A stretch of DNA of 64,000 nucleotides. Source: the human T2T-CHM13v2.0 reference genome, Homo sapiens. The notes under the pieces were generated by a model. The model was not told the DNA's origin. It saw only the letters and a program-made list of their open reading frames with translations, and did not search any database. The DNA lies in assembly GCF_009914755.1 (NCBI RefSeq), contig NC_060947.1; one strand, given 5' to 3'. Numbering within the stretch: position 1 is the stretch's first letter; every line of letters starts with the position of its first letter. The position numbers and the translations under genes are program-made. This document shows positions 14,946 to 29,963 of the stretch, piece after piece.

Positions 14946-15976
14946 CGTGCAGCAGCATTTTTTTGTGGATGCATGAGAGCGCGACCCAGGGGCCTTTAAT
15001 TAAGCTATTCTCACACGGTGTAGGAGAAACGTGGCCCCCAGTGCCCTCTCCATGGAGGCACATGGCTCTGGGTCCTGAGGTGGCAGAGGCCTGCCTGCTG
15101 TTGTGGAGAAAGGCCCCTGGGACCTGGGCTGGATCCAGCTGCCCCCTCACTGTGTGTGAGACTTAACCTCTGTGCCGCAGTTTGCTTATCTGTAACTTAT
15201 CTGTAACGTGGGCCTGAGGGAGGCGGTACTTCATACACGGGGGAAGTGCTTAGAATGAAGCCAGGTACACGGAGCCCTGTACAAAGGCGTTGTGACTATT
15301 ATTATGGGAAGAAGTCTCTGGGGAAATTCCAAACCCTTGGCTCTTGGCACCAGCAACACAAACACCTCACAGCCCAGCCCTCCTGTCCCTGGGATGGGGG
15401 TGTGAGAACACTGAGGCCATTGTGTCACCCGAGGCCACATGTGGTTGGCCTCATCCTATTTCCAACACGTGGGCTGGGTTTCAACGTGGAACGAATGGCT
15501 GCATGGCCCTGGGTCCATAGGAAGCCTGCCATGGTCACACAACAGCTGCCTAGTCCTATGGAAGCCAGACTGTGATTGAAGGAACACAGGGAGTGCTGGG
15601 GGCAGGGCCGGGGCCGGGGAGGAAGTGGGAGGAGGAAAAAGGAAGTGTCTCCGCTGGTTCGAGGCAGAATTTTGAAACAGGCACAGTTTCTTTCTGAACA
15701 TCCTTTTGCTCTGAGCTTCCCCCTGTTTGAAACTCCTTGGTCGTGTGGCCCTCCACCCCTCACTGGGGGCCACCACCTGGCTCCCGTCACTGTCAGTGCC
15801 TTCCTGTCTTCTCCCCTCTGGTGTTTGGAGGGTTAGCTAGAAGGGGTGGAATGAGTCCTGGCCACCTCATCATCCTAAAGGTGCCCGCATTTTAAAAGCA
15901 AGACTCAAAATGATTACAAATGAAAATGAAATTCCTGGGGTTTCAGGCAAGGTGGAATAAGGCAGTGAAAAGCTTT

Positions 15977-16400
15977 TGTATTGGAGCCAGCCTCCAAGAT
16001 GGGCCTCGACCATCCTACCTCCAGGTGTTCATGCTCATGTGTGGTCCCCTCCCATATGGAACCATTCAGGGCTGACCTGTGTCACCAATAGGATACCGTG
16101 GAAGCGACAGTGTGTGACTTCCAAAGCTAGGTCATTAGAGACCCTCCTGGTTCTCTTGGACCACCCCCTCTAGAGAAAGCCAACTGCCATGTCGTGGGGA
16201 CATTCAGGGTATCCTGTGGGGATGCCAGCGAGCAAGTTGGTTGCTATGTGAGGGAGCCCCCGTCCAACTTTCAGATGACAGCAGCCCTGGCTGACATCCT
16301 GACCACAACCTCCTGAGAGACGCTGAGCCAGAAAGACCCAGCCACACTGCTCCCCACTTCCTGACACATAGAAACCGTGTGAATGGTCAGTGTAAATGGT
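15977..16400. mobile_element. MLT1-family LTR
   Basis: GCCAGCCTCCAAGATGG.., TGTGACTTCCAAAGCTAGGTCAT.., CAGCCCTGGCTGACATCCTGA. Confidence 0.7.
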
Positions 16401-17169
16401 AATTAGTGATGCAGCTTCAGATAACTGAAATGACTAGTAATGGTCCAAAGCTTTCTTGGAGGGGAGGCCCAGTGCTGGTCTCTCCTTGGGTCAGCTCCCC
16501 AGGCTCTGGCCATAGCTGCCTTCGTTTTGCCCCTTCTGAAGCTCCACTTTTCTCTGATCGTTCCATATTTGTTCATGGTATTTTCTCTCTCTTTCCTTCC
16601 TAGGTTGGAGAGGAGAGGAGCTTCATGCAAAGTTTAGGTCTATTGATGATAAATTAGGGCATATTGAGGATGAGTTTGGATATATAGATTTTTAGTAAAT
16701 GGGCAACGGTCTGTATTTCATGAAAATGTATATCCTGTGTATCTCTTTATAGCCTGGAGGCTTCAGTAAAATATTCCCCAAATGCCAGTGGGGTTTGGCT
16801 GTCTGGGCGTTACTTTGGGCATTCGGCCTTTGCAGATGCGGGATGTCATTTTTGATGCGAGCAGCCCCCTTTTCCTCCAGCACCAGGGAAACACGCCACA
16901 GCCTGTAATGCAATGTGGAGCCCGTGTCCTCTGCCCGCTGCACAGGGGATTTGCCAACTCCAGCGCCTTTGCTTTGTCAGGGCTTTCAGACTTCTGACCT
17001 CAATTATTTCAGTGGGAGGTCATTTTTGCAAGAGAGGATGCAATGGGTGTTTGAAAAGAGAAAGTATTTCACGGGCACTTCAAAGAAGTGTTGCAAGCAT
17101 GCCAATGAAAAACCTCACTTTTGTAAAGTGAAGCAGTGAGATTTAACTCCAGCTGATGGCTTGTTTGGG

Positions 17170-17650
17170 TTGCCTTTGGTCAACTTTTAATTGAAATCCA
17201 TGTGCAGAAAAGTGCACAAAAGGTAAGCGTGCAGCTTGATGAATTGTCACAAGGTGAACACACCTGGGTAACAGTGCCCAGATCCAGAAATGGAACATGA
17301 CCAGTTCCCAGAAGCCACCCTCATGTCCCCTTCCAAGGGTAACTGCTATCCTGAATAACGCCACTGGTTCCTTCTGCTTGTTTGGAACTTTATAGGGATG
17401 GAATCTCGGATCCCTTTGTGTCTGCTTTTCTTTGTGTCTTTCTTTTACTTGACATTAGGCTTGTGAGCTTCATTCTTATTATGGGATGGAGTGGTACCTC
17501 TTTCCTCCTCATAGCCCTGTATAGCCTAATAGCTTTCTTTGTATGTAAAGTGTCTCTTTTCTGTCACTGCTTTTAAGAGATCTTCTTTTTCACTTGTTTA
17601 ACAGTTCGATTATGCTATGCCTTGGTGTAGTTTTCTTCATTTTTTTGTGT
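17170..17650 (-). mobile_element. Old L1 (L1ME-like) 3' fragments
   Basis: AGAAAAGTGCACAAA..CAGCTTGATGAATTGTCACAAGGTGAACACACC. Confidence 0.65.
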
Positions 17651-18308
17651 GTGCTTGGGGTTTGTTGAGCTTCTTCTATCTATAGGATTATATAGTCTAA
17701 TAGTTTAAATCTTTGTGTAAACAAGATTTCCTATATTGAATGTTCTGGTCAGTGTATCTACATTTATTTCCGAGAAACTTCTTGAGAGAGCTTAAAGGGA
17801 TTTTTAAGGCAGTTTCCCTCTCAAGCTGTCACCTCCTCCACTTGGATAAAAACAGTGAAGGATTTGTCTTGTTGGGCTGATAAGAAACCGTCAGCTTGTG
17901 GTGCTTTTAGCCTCTGTTATGGGTCCAGAGTCCACTCCCTCAGGCTCCATTGATTCTGTGTCGAATGCCTGTGGCTGGATATCAGGAGGACACCTGTTTT
18001 TGTCAGCCCAACTCTTTTCATGAGTGAAAAGTAACAAGGGAAACAAGATGAATTCAGAAAAACAAACAAACAAACAAACAAAACCAGTAAGGAAAGGCAA
18101 GGTATGCCCCTCAGACAGGCATTGCTACAAATTATTATCATGTCTTTAAAAAAATATTTTCTGTTTTTCTTTTTAAAATTTTTTAATTTTGCTACAAATT
18201 ATAAAACTGGTGGGTGATGGTGGACGTTTCAAAACCACTCACGTGTGACATGGCAGTGACTTCAGGCTGGCCTACATAGCCTTTTGTTCTCTGTACATGT
18301 ACAGATAA

Positions 18309-18701
<393 letters not shown>

Positions 18702-19097
18702 TGACTACTTGATAGGGTTTTATATCTATTGATGGATATAGTATTAATAACACTCCCTGTAGAATAGAGGTAGTATGTGTGCCTGGCTAAGCTTTTTGTG
18801 GCTTAGTGGACACTATTTCTATATAGCAACATTCAGCAAACACTTCATTTTATGCAGGTCCGGATAGTAAATAGAGATGAGTAACATAAGCCTTTGCCCT
18901 CAAGGAGCTCACAGCCAAATATGGGAGGAAGCATGTTTGTAAATAATCACTTGAACAAAATGCAGTTTCTAAATAAGATTGATGTTAAAAATATTAATAT
19001 AAACAATATTAAAATTTTAGTGATTAAAACACAATGGCAAGGATGCAGGTCATGAAATGAGTGGAAAATAGGAAGGGAACAAAAGGTTATACTAGGC

Positions 19098-19286
19098 CAG
19101 TGGCTCTTAATGTGCGCCCTTGGATCAGCTGCAGCAGCCTCCCTTGGAAGCTTGTTAGAAATGCAGATTCCCCGGCCCCATCCAAGCCTTGCCGGATCTG
19201 AAGCTCTGAGGGTGGGACCTGACAGTCTGGGTTTCCCCAGCCCTCCTGGTAATGCTGATGCACGTTCAAGCTGAAGAACCACTGGT
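19098..19286. mobile_element. MER5A
   Basis: CAGTGGCTCTT..CTTGTTAGAAATGCAGATTCCCCGGCCCCA..GAACCACTGG. Confidence 0.8.
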
Positions 19287-19452
19287 TTAGACGGTGATAA
19301 GCCACCAGGGTTCTGTCGGGAAGCCTAGGACAGGCCATTTTAGTGCCCACGTTGTCCCCTAATTGCCAGAAGCCTCAGCACAGCTTGGACCCTTTTGTTA
19401 GGGGACTGATGTATGTCGGCAATCAATAAAGTATATTAGGGAGTTTTTCTGA

Positions 19453-19747
<295 letters not shown>

Positions 19748-20150
19748 TGAATTCTTAAATGAAGGGAAAGTTTTACTTTGCCCAACTAGTACAGCTTACT
19801 ACTTTATTTCTTTTATGGATTGTGTTTTTGATGTCATTTCTAATAACTGTTTGCCTAGCCCTAGGTTTTGCTCATTTGTGTAGGAGAGGTAAAGATCACT
19901 CACATGGGTTTACACAGGCAAGGGCATAACTGGCTGAAGAAATATAAAATGCCATGTGATGCTGCCTTCGTTTGGGTCCTTGCAGAAGTGGAACTTGAAA
20001 TTAGGTTTCTGGTGCAAGTTGATTTGGGAGGGGAGTGGGGAAGTGAGACCAGGAAAGGAAGGCAGCCATTAGGGCCGGGCTGTTAATGTCACGCAATGGG
20101 CGACTGGAGCTTAATTCCACACTTTGGAAACTCTAGGAAATGGTGCTCGC

Positions 20151-20709
20151 TGTGTCATGGGCCCCCAAGATCACCTCTGGGTCTGGTGATTTCCTAGGAG
20201 GGCTCATAAAACTTGACACATGGCATATGCATGGCTATGATTTAGTAAAGCAAGAGGACACAGAGAAAAATCAACAAAGGGAAAAGGCTTATGGGGTGAA
20301 GTCTGGAGAAAAGCAGGCACGTGCTTCCAAGAGTCCTCTCCCAGTGGGGTCACACAGAACATGCCTACTCCTGCCCATGGTGAGTTGAGACAACATGTGT
20401 GAAATGTCCACCAGGGAAGGTCCTTAGAGACTCAGCGCCTGGGATTTGTATTGGGGGCTGCTCACATAGGCACCCTCTGCCTAGCACACATCAAAATTCC
20501 AGACTCCCAGAGAGAAAGCAGGCATTCAGCATAGATCACAGTATTTGGACAAAGAGTTTAGGCACAGTGAGCCACTCTTACCAGCTCTGGGAATGGTGGG
20601 AACCCTCCCAAAATACAAATTCCCAGATGCCAGCCAAGGGCCAACCTTGCAAACAGGCCTTTCTAAGGAGAGCAGTCTCAGGTCTGCTATATTACGTGTT
20701 TTCTGCACA
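20151..20709. mobile_element. MER21-like solo LTR
   Basis: TGTGTCATGGGCCCCCAAGATCACC..GGTGATTTCCTAGGAGGGCTCA ... AGCAGTCTCAGGTCTGCTAT..TTTTCTGCACA. Confidence 0.7.
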
Positions 20710-21191
20710 GGTACAAAGCACATGCCTTGAAATAATCTCATTCAAGGGACAAGGGAGTAGGACATTTGAAGATGTCTGGTTTTCTCCAGACTTTGCCCCG
20801 CAAGCCTTTTCCCTCGGGAGTCAGTTCTTGAGAGTCATCGATTAATACCTATTCCCAATAATGCACTTCAGGCATGCCATGTAAGCAGAGCCACCTTCTG
20901 TGGGTCTCAAAACAATGACAGTGACCTTAGACTAAGCGATATGGTTGGAAATTAGCTAGAGCTTACTGGAAGGTTTTGAGTGATATGAGTGGGGCGCTGG
21001 CAGCATCAGATACAGTAGTTATTCTAGAAATTGGATGGGGACAACAGAGCCATGTGTATAGGGTAGTTCGCATGCCTGGGGTCGTGTGGCAGTATTGTAA
21101 CTGTGAATGAAGAGACCGAGGTCAAGGCTTCGCTCTAACCTCCTTAGGTAGATGCTTCCTTCCTGTGTCTGCTCATTGGAGGAATGGGAAA

Positions 21192-21260
21192 GTGTGTGTG
21201 TTTGTGTGTGTGTGTGTATGTGAGAGAGAGAGAGAGGGCATGCGTGTGTGTGTGTGTGTG
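21192..21260. repeat. Compound (TG)n(GA)n(TG)n microsatellite
   Basis: Seen directly. Confidence 0.9.
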
Positions 21261-21729
21261 AGCATTGTGGGGGCAGAAAATCCTGGTACACTAGCTGTAT
21301 TTTAAACTTCCACTTCTAATCTTTCAGTTCTGAGCAGCGTGAATAGGCAGATAAACAAATGTTTGCTATAGCCTCAAACATTCATGCCAGAACATTTTTT
21401 TCCCTCCTTCCACACAAGTAAATTAAGAGAACAGCGGTCTGTTGTATAATTTGAAGATGGCTATTAATTTGTGTTGGATTGCATTTCTTAAGCATGTTAT
21501 GTTATTCGAGGAGCAGGAGACCCTGGAGGAGGCGCTTGTGGGGAAGCTTTGAAGCTGGAGCAGGAAGGAGTGAAATGACACAGTCTGATGACGATCACGG
21601 TAATGCAGGCCTTGCAGCCTGGCGACATTCTTCAAAGGCAACTAACTGCAAGACTGCCCTCTTCCCCTCCCCTCTCAGACATCTCCAAGACCCTGCCAAC
21701 CGCCAGATGAAACCAATCTTCCTAGAGCC

Positions 21730-22355
21730 TCGTGTGGTGGTCTCAGGCATCGCTTGGGAGTGCCTTAGAAATTCGGCGTCTCAAATGCAGTCTTGGGCCA
21801 CACCCCAGCTCTCCAGGATCAGAATCTGCCGTTTAATAAGACCCTAAGGGATGCATGGCTCATCCAAGTCGGAGTCAGATCTCACCCGAGGCCGCACATT
21901 GGCAGCACCTGGGGAGCTTTTAAAAATGCTGATGCCTGGGCGCTGCCTCAGGGACCCCGGTTTAATGACTCTGGGCGGGGCCTGCTCCTTGGGCTTTCTG
22001 AATGCTCCCACGTGGTTCGGCTGCGCACCCCGGGCTGGGAACCGTGGGGTTCCCTGGCAGTACCCTTCTGGAATTCTCCTTCCCCAGCCTCCCAGTCACG
22101 TGACTGCTTAATCTCCTCCCTCTGTGGCTCTTTCTCTGTCCTCTGCTCCTGGCTCCCCGATTTCTGAAGGCAGCCCGGTCTCTTTTCTTTCTTTGTTACC
22201 TCCTGGCCATTCTCCAAAGTGCCTCTGCGGGGGCGGGAGCTTGTGAGAAATTCGAGCCTCAGCCATGCCCCAGACCTGCTGAATCAGCACCTGCAGTTTA
22301 ACCAGAAGCCCAGGGGATGCGCATGTGCATTGTCATATGAGAAGCGCTGGTCTAG
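21730..22355. mobile_element. Cluster of MER5-type fragments
   Basis: Repeated motifs ATCAGAATCTGC..TTTAA, CACCTGGGGAGCTTTTAAAAATGCTGATGCCTGGG, CCCCAGACCTGCTGAATCAG. Confidence 0.6.
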
Positions 22356-22461
22356 GTGACGTAAGCTGGGAAAGAAACCCAGGGAATCTGCTGGAATGTA
22401 GGGAGCCTGGGCTCAGGAACTGGAAGGCGTCTGTCTGGGTCTCTGGCTTGTTTGTTTTCTA

Positions 22462-22650
22462 GCTGTCTCAACTTGCCACTGTGGTCATTTGGGGCTAGAT
22501 CACTCTTCTCTGTGCGGGTCGTCCTGTGCATTTAGGACGCTGGGCAGCATCTCTGGCTTTTACCCACATCATGCCATAGCAATCCCCCTCCCCAGAGGTG
22601 ATAACCAAGAATGTCTCCAGGCATTGTCAAGCATCCCCTGGGGGCAGAAT
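22462..22650. mobile_element. MER20
   Basis: TCTCAACTTGCCACT..GTCCTGTGCATTTAGGA..AATGTCTCCAGGCATTGTCAA..CCCTGGGGGCA. Confidence 0.75.
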
Positions 22651-24413
22651 GGTCTCTAGGGGACACTTTGGTGTCTGCCTCTGGCCTCATTCCCTCCCGC
22701 CATACACCCTTGGTAGGGTTGGTGGTTCCAAGTTAGCCACTACCGTGGAAAGAGAGACTTCCTTTCTCCCCCTCGTCCATGTGTGCGGCCCTGCATGGGT
22801 CCCACGCTCATCCCCATAGCCGGTCATTGTGCCTGGTGGTCGGGGCACTGTCATTGGCCAGATTGGGTTCTGTGCCACATCTGGGGCCAGGGGCCAGCTT
22901 TGTTAGCAATTGAAGGAGACTGGGAGAGTTCTGATGGAGGCACAAATGGCTATTTTGGACCACTCTAGCAGCCCTTTACGGACCCAAGTCCTCCGCTGAC
23001 CCTTCACCCAATAACAAGCTCATTTAGCAAATATCTGTTATGTGGCAACGAACAGCTGGGCCCTGTTCCAGGGCGGGCATTTTATAAACAGTCTTCAGGA
23101 CCATCCTAGGAGGTGGTCTTGTTAGCCCATATTGCAGGTGAGCAGACTGCAGCTCAGCAGGGCTGGTGACACCCATGGCAACCTGCGGAGCCCAGTTGCT
23201 CCCTAATTCCCCCCACCCTGTGCCCTGCTGTCAGCCCTACCTTTCTGTCACCCCCTTGAGCTCTTCCTCCCCTCCAGGCTGCCCTACACTGCCATATAGC
23301 TGGACGAATTGTAAAAGGAACACTGTGTCATCATGCCTCTGCTCAAGTCAGGAAAGACTGTTGCTGCTGTCATCTTTTGTCCCCTCCCCAGTCCCCTCAC
23401 CTCCCTGCCCCTCAGAATACTCTCCTGACTTCTATTGTGTTTACGTCTCTACTTTTCATTGTAGATTTACCAAAGAATTCTGGTTCCTGAGCTTTGTTAA
23501 TTTACTTCTGCCCGTTTTTGAACATGATGTAAACGGGATCACACAGAGTGTTTGGATGCATCCGGATTCTTTTGCTCTGTATTCTGTGTTTACTCATTGC
23601 AAGCATACTTTGGGAAGTGCTTGAGTCAAAGGGTGGGTAGATGAGAAGCCACTGAAGGTGACAGAGGAATGGCCGTGGGTCAGAGAGGGAATTACCTTGG
23701 CATTACTTGGGCAGAGCTGGAGTGGTGGGCTACGCAGTTAGGAGGTTGCGGTGACCTGGGTAGGAGCTCCAGCTTAGGGTCTGAAGGCCGTGGGGAGGAT
23801 GGCAGGTGAGGCGTGGTAGGTTTGGGAGGGTTGTCCTGCCTTCTCTTTCTGACGAGGTAGGAGTTACAGGTTGGAGGAGATGGAAAAAGGGGGAAGCATT
23901 CCTCATACAGGCTTGTTGGACCAGCAGGAGCTGAACCAGCAGTCGTCTTGGGTTGCAGTGAAGCCCCCTCTGAGACTAGGGGCTCCCAGCACCAAGGAAC
24001 TGGCAGCCAGCAGCCAGCAGCCACTGAGGCCAGCACCTCTCGTAATCCACAAGGTTGGAAGAAAAGCAGCTCGGTAAAGGCTGCTTGTGATGAGTCACTG
24101 GGGCTCCTGGAAAATCTGTAAGAAATGAAGCTTTTGAGATGTTTATTTTTAGCTGCCGTCTGACCATGGCCTGTCTCTGAACTTGATGTTCTTGGGCCCT
24201 CTCCTCTGGCTGTGTGTTCTAGAATTTCTGTTGTGTCCTATGCTTTTCATGGTGTCATGTGAACACTACAGGTAACTGTGATGATCTTGAACACTTTGTT
24301 AGCGCTATGGTATGATCATATTTTTATTCATGAGCCGAGGCACCCGGAATCTTGAAGCATTCGGATCACTAATTACTTGGAGAAACTTTTCTGATTGTAG
24401 GATCTCACAGAAA

Positions 24414-24492
24414 CCTCTCTCTCTCTCTCTCCCACCCTCTCTCTCTCTTTCTCTCTCTCTCTCCCTCCCTCCCTCTCTCTCTCTCTCCCCCT

Positions 24493-24542
<50 letters not shown>

Positions 24543-24549
24543 ATGTGTG
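24414..24549. repeat. Imperfect (CT)n/(CCCT)n tract followed by (TG)n
   Basis: Seen directly. Confidence 0.95.
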
Positions 24550-24836
24550 TAATAGGAACTCATCTTTATTTTCCCAAAGCTTTAAGGTTGAAATGTTGAT
24601 GGTGACATCCTTTAGTTGCATTGTTGGGTTTCTGGAAACTCATTCCTTCCCTTAAATAATCCTAAGGGGAATGACTGTGGCCACTTGTCTTTATATTATA
24701 CTTGTCCCCGTGGGTCACGATTATTTGTTTGCTGGGTTTTGTTGGGAGGTGAGGGCCGCAAATGTGCTGGTAGCTCTGGTGCCTTGGACAGTGGCCTGGC
24801 AGGTAGCAGATGCCCAATAAACACCCATGGTGTAAA

Positions 24837-25065
24837 GCAGGGGCCGGCAAAGCACAGCCTGCAGGCCAGATCCAGCCTGTTCCTGTTTTTGTAAATAAAG
24901 TGTTGTCAGCAGGCAGCCACATCCCTTCATTTCCATATTGTCCGTGGCTGCTCTGCTGTACAATGGCACAGTCCAGTAATCGCAATGGAGACTATATGGC
25001 ATATGGCCCGCGAAGCTGAAAAGATTTCCCACCTGGACCTTTCTCAGAAACATTTGCAAACTCCT
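24837..25065. mobile_element. MER58A
   Basis: CAGGGGCCGGCAAA..CCTGTTTTTGTAAATAAAGTG..CAGAAACATTTGC. Confidence 0.8.
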
Positions 25066-25571
25066 ATCAGTTAAGTTACTACGAGGAAACAGGAAGGAGC
25101 AAGGGGCAGGAACAGCTTGTGGGAGAGGCTCATGAGAGCCGGAGGTGGTTTTAGTAGCAGTTTCTACCCTGCCCACGCTGGCAGGGGACCCTGCCGGGAC
25201 TTGCCTCTAGGGTGGCCTTCCTTGCTTGTTGGAGACTCTTAATCTTTTAATCTGAGTTATGACTTTCCGTTCCATCTGTCCAAGTCATCTGGGGATTAGC
25301 TAATAGAGCAAGTTGGCAAATAATCTGACATGGTCTGATTTGGGAGGGGAATACTGGCATAAACATTGGCAGGTACTGTGGCACCTGGCCACTGCTGGGC
25401 AGAGGACAGAGGGAACAGGTGGAAGGGCTTCAACCACAGCGTTTTATGGACGGTGTAAATACTGATGGCAGCACAAAGTGTAATGGCTCCAGATGGGAAA
25501 TCACCCAAGTGTCACCCGCAGTAGAATGGATAACTACATTGGGGCTGATTCCTCAGTCAAATACTGTGAAA

Positions 25572-25910
25572 CAGGAGTCGGCCAAGTTCGTGATCCTGTG
25601 GGCCAACTCCAGCTCACTGCCTGCTTTCGTACAGCTTATGAGCTAAGAATGGTTTTTGCATTTTTATATGGTTGAGAAAAAACCAAAAGAATAATATTTT
25701 GCCACACATGAAGATGATATGGAATTCATATTTCAGTGTCCGCGAATAAAGTTTTATTGAAACACAGCACCAGGCATTGATGTGTCTATGGTCTCTGGCT
25801 GCTTTGCAATGACAGCGGTGGAGCTGAGTCGTCTAGACAGAGACTGCATGGCCCAGAAATCTTCAAATATTTACTCTCTGGCCCTTCACAGAAAAAGTTT
25901 GGTGGCCCCT
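25572..25910. mobile_element. MER58B inserted in an old L1
   Basis: CAGGAGTCGGCCAA..GAGCTAAGAATGGTTTT..AATAAAGTTTTATTG..CAGAAAAAGTTTG. Confidence 0.8.
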
Positions 25911-26269
25911 GTTACAGTGCAAAGAGAATGAACAGATAGTTACACTGAACAACATGGGTAGATCTTGCAACATAATATAGAATGAAAGAAGCTGGAAACA
26001 AGATTTCATTTCTTTAAAGTTCAGAAGCAGGCAACAGTAATCTATAGTGTGAGGGTTGGGATAGTGGTTACCCTTTGGGGTGGGTCAGGGACTAGCGGGG
26101 GCTTGAAGTGGTGTCTAGGGGCTGGTCATGTTTCGTCCCATGATCTGAGCACTCCATACATGGGTGAGTTCCCTTTGTGAAAATGTGTGGAGCTGTTCAT
26201 CTATGATTTTTGCATTTTACGAATACATGTTTACTTCAATAAAAAGCTTACTCAAGAAAAGTGATTTCA

Positions 26270-26870
26270 GTCTGGCAGCTCCTCAGAAGGTTAAACAGAG
26301 TTCCCATCTGACCCAGCAATCCACTCCTGGGCATATACCCAAGAGAAATGAAAACATATGTCCATGCAAAGACTTGTACACAGATGTTCCTAACAGCCTT
26401 ATTCATAATAGCCCAAAAGTAGAAACAACCCAAATGGCCGTCAGCTGATGAGTGGATAAACAAAATGTGATACAGCCACACAATGGAATCTTATTCAGCA
26501 ATAAATAAAAAGGGGTGAAGCACTGATACGCACCACAGCCTGGATGACCCTTGAAAGCATTATGCTAGGTGGAAGAAGCCAGATGCAAGAGGCCACATAC
26601 TGCATGATTCCACTTACTGCATGATTCCACTTATACGAAATGTCCAGAATAGGCAAACGCATAGGATGGAAAGTATATTAGTGGCTGCCTAGGCTGGGAG
26701 AAGGAAGTGATTGCTAATGGGTAGGGGGTCATTTTTAGGGGGGTGAAAATGTTCTGGAATTGGATAGTGGTGATGATTGGACAGCCTTGTGAATTTCCTG
26801 TAAACCACTGAATTGTACACTTTAAAAGAGTACATCTTATGGTATGTGAATTACCTCTTTAAAAATGCTG
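26270..26870 (+). mobile_element. L1MB 3' end
   Basis: GACCCAGCAATCCACTCCTGGGCATATACCCAAGAGAAATGAAAAC...GAATTGTACACTTTAAAA. Confidence 0.88.
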
Positions 26871-28757
26871 TAAGAGATTGCTGCTACAGACCTGTGTGTA
26901 TCTGTACAAGTCAGAAGGAAAAGGTCTCAAGGTGACAGCCACCTCATCCATTCTTCCTGCTACTCCTCCAAATGCAGATATCTTGAAAGTTGACAGGCAG
27001 GGGGAATGCCTGACTTCCCCCAGGTAATCCAGACTCTTCCTCTAGATCCAAGCCAGTTGAGTAGCACAGAGCAGTTTCTAGAATGTAGCTAACATGGGCA
27101 TGTTAATTTTGCTACTTTTGTTTACTAAAACTGCAGTTCTCAGAAAAACAGGATAAACTAAAAGATCCTAGATAACTTGCTTCCTGGACTTTTCCTGTGA
27201 TTATGCCTGACTTCGCCCCCATTTTCCTGATGTCTGTTTTCCTTTGGTCTGATTGGAGAGGAATGGGAATCTATGTAGTAGCCACTGGGGCCCATTCCCA
27301 TAGCTGAGCCTGGGCTGTCGGCTCCTTGCTGGTTCCTCCAAGACTTCATTGCTTCACAGCCAATGAAATGGAGCAGTAAAAAAACAAACAAAAAACAACA
27401 AAAACAAAACAAAAAACAAAACAAAAACATTAAAAAAGACTTCACTGCTTACCTGTAGGTTGCTTTTTATATATAGTTCTCAATCTCTTCTGAATTAAAC
27501 TTCTTGGTCCCCACTTCTAGATGTTAAGGGCCATAATGGTTGCAAATATTGTGATAACTTTTGAGAGGATCCCTTTTGAGGGTGCGAGATGACTACCCAG
27601 AGGATCTGAAGGTTTTCATTTTGCTGACACTGAAGAGTGTATTTCTTAGGATTTTCTGCTCTGTAATGACAGATAATCACAGCTGGCAGTGAAGATAGCG
27701 CTGAACTTTCTGTAAAGTCCCAGCCCTAAACATTATCTGTGGCAGAGACAAACAGTTTTAATTAATGACAAAAGGTTTGCTTGTCCCTGCGAGGGTGAAA
27801 GGGGCCGGTGCTGTTTCATTCCCTGTGCCATGTACTGGGCTGAAGGGGCAGGGGAGGGAGCATCCCAGGGTCCTGGCTTTTGAGAGAGGGGCAGAGAGGG
27901 TCAGCTGTGGTCACACACCCATACTTGGGAGTCGTACAAGTCTCTTGGTTAGTGGTCTTGCCACTTTGAATAGAGGTATTTCAGATTTGAAAGAAAACAG
28001 TCTAAACAGTCTCCTCAAAGTAAATGCTTTGAGGAGTTTTTAGGAAAAGCTATTTCGAATGTCAGGCATAGATTCATGTTTTAATGGCCTCACTGATTCT
28101 TGGTAAGTGGAATCCCCCAGAAGGTCCCCCAGAAGCTCAGTTGGACCACCACAATCTCCCTGAACAGAACTGGAGTCCATCAGGTCCCCTCTATCAGTTA
28201 CAGAAAGCAGAGGAGTGAGCAGATCAACCTCAGAAACAAGGCGACATGCAGGGGGATAAGGAAGGGGTGTTTTCATGAAACATGATTTTCATTTTAACAA
28301 ACATTTATGAAGCGCTAACCACATGCCAGGCACAAATTGCTTTACAAATGTCAGCTCATTCCGTCTTCTTCACAGCACCCTGAGGCAGGTAGTGCTGCAA
28401 TTCCTACTTCATAGATGGGGGAGACTGAGGCACAGTAAGAAAGGTCCAACAACTTGCTTAAGGTCACACGGGTGGTAAGTGGCAGAGCTGAGATCTGAAC
28501 TCATGCAGCGCTGTTCTGGAGTCTGTGTTTTAACCAGTATGCGTGTGATGCTGCCTCTCTTGTGATGAACATCAGAATATAGAGGGACAAAGTACAATAT
28601 TGAAGATCCAAATATCTCATACTGCCAATTTGTTTTAAAATACAACTACGAAGAAAACATACCAACAGGTTATGGGAGTTATCAAGGGCATGATGATGGG
28701 TAATCCTTATTTTTTTTCTTGATAGTTTTCTGTATTTGTCAAGAAGTTTTGTAAGTT

Positions 28758-29963
<1,206 letters not shown>

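Noticed and set aside
13191-15836. Dense ORFs of 100-150 aa in GC-rich intron 2
   Set aside because: No homology I recognise and no exon structure; expected by chance in GC-rich DNA
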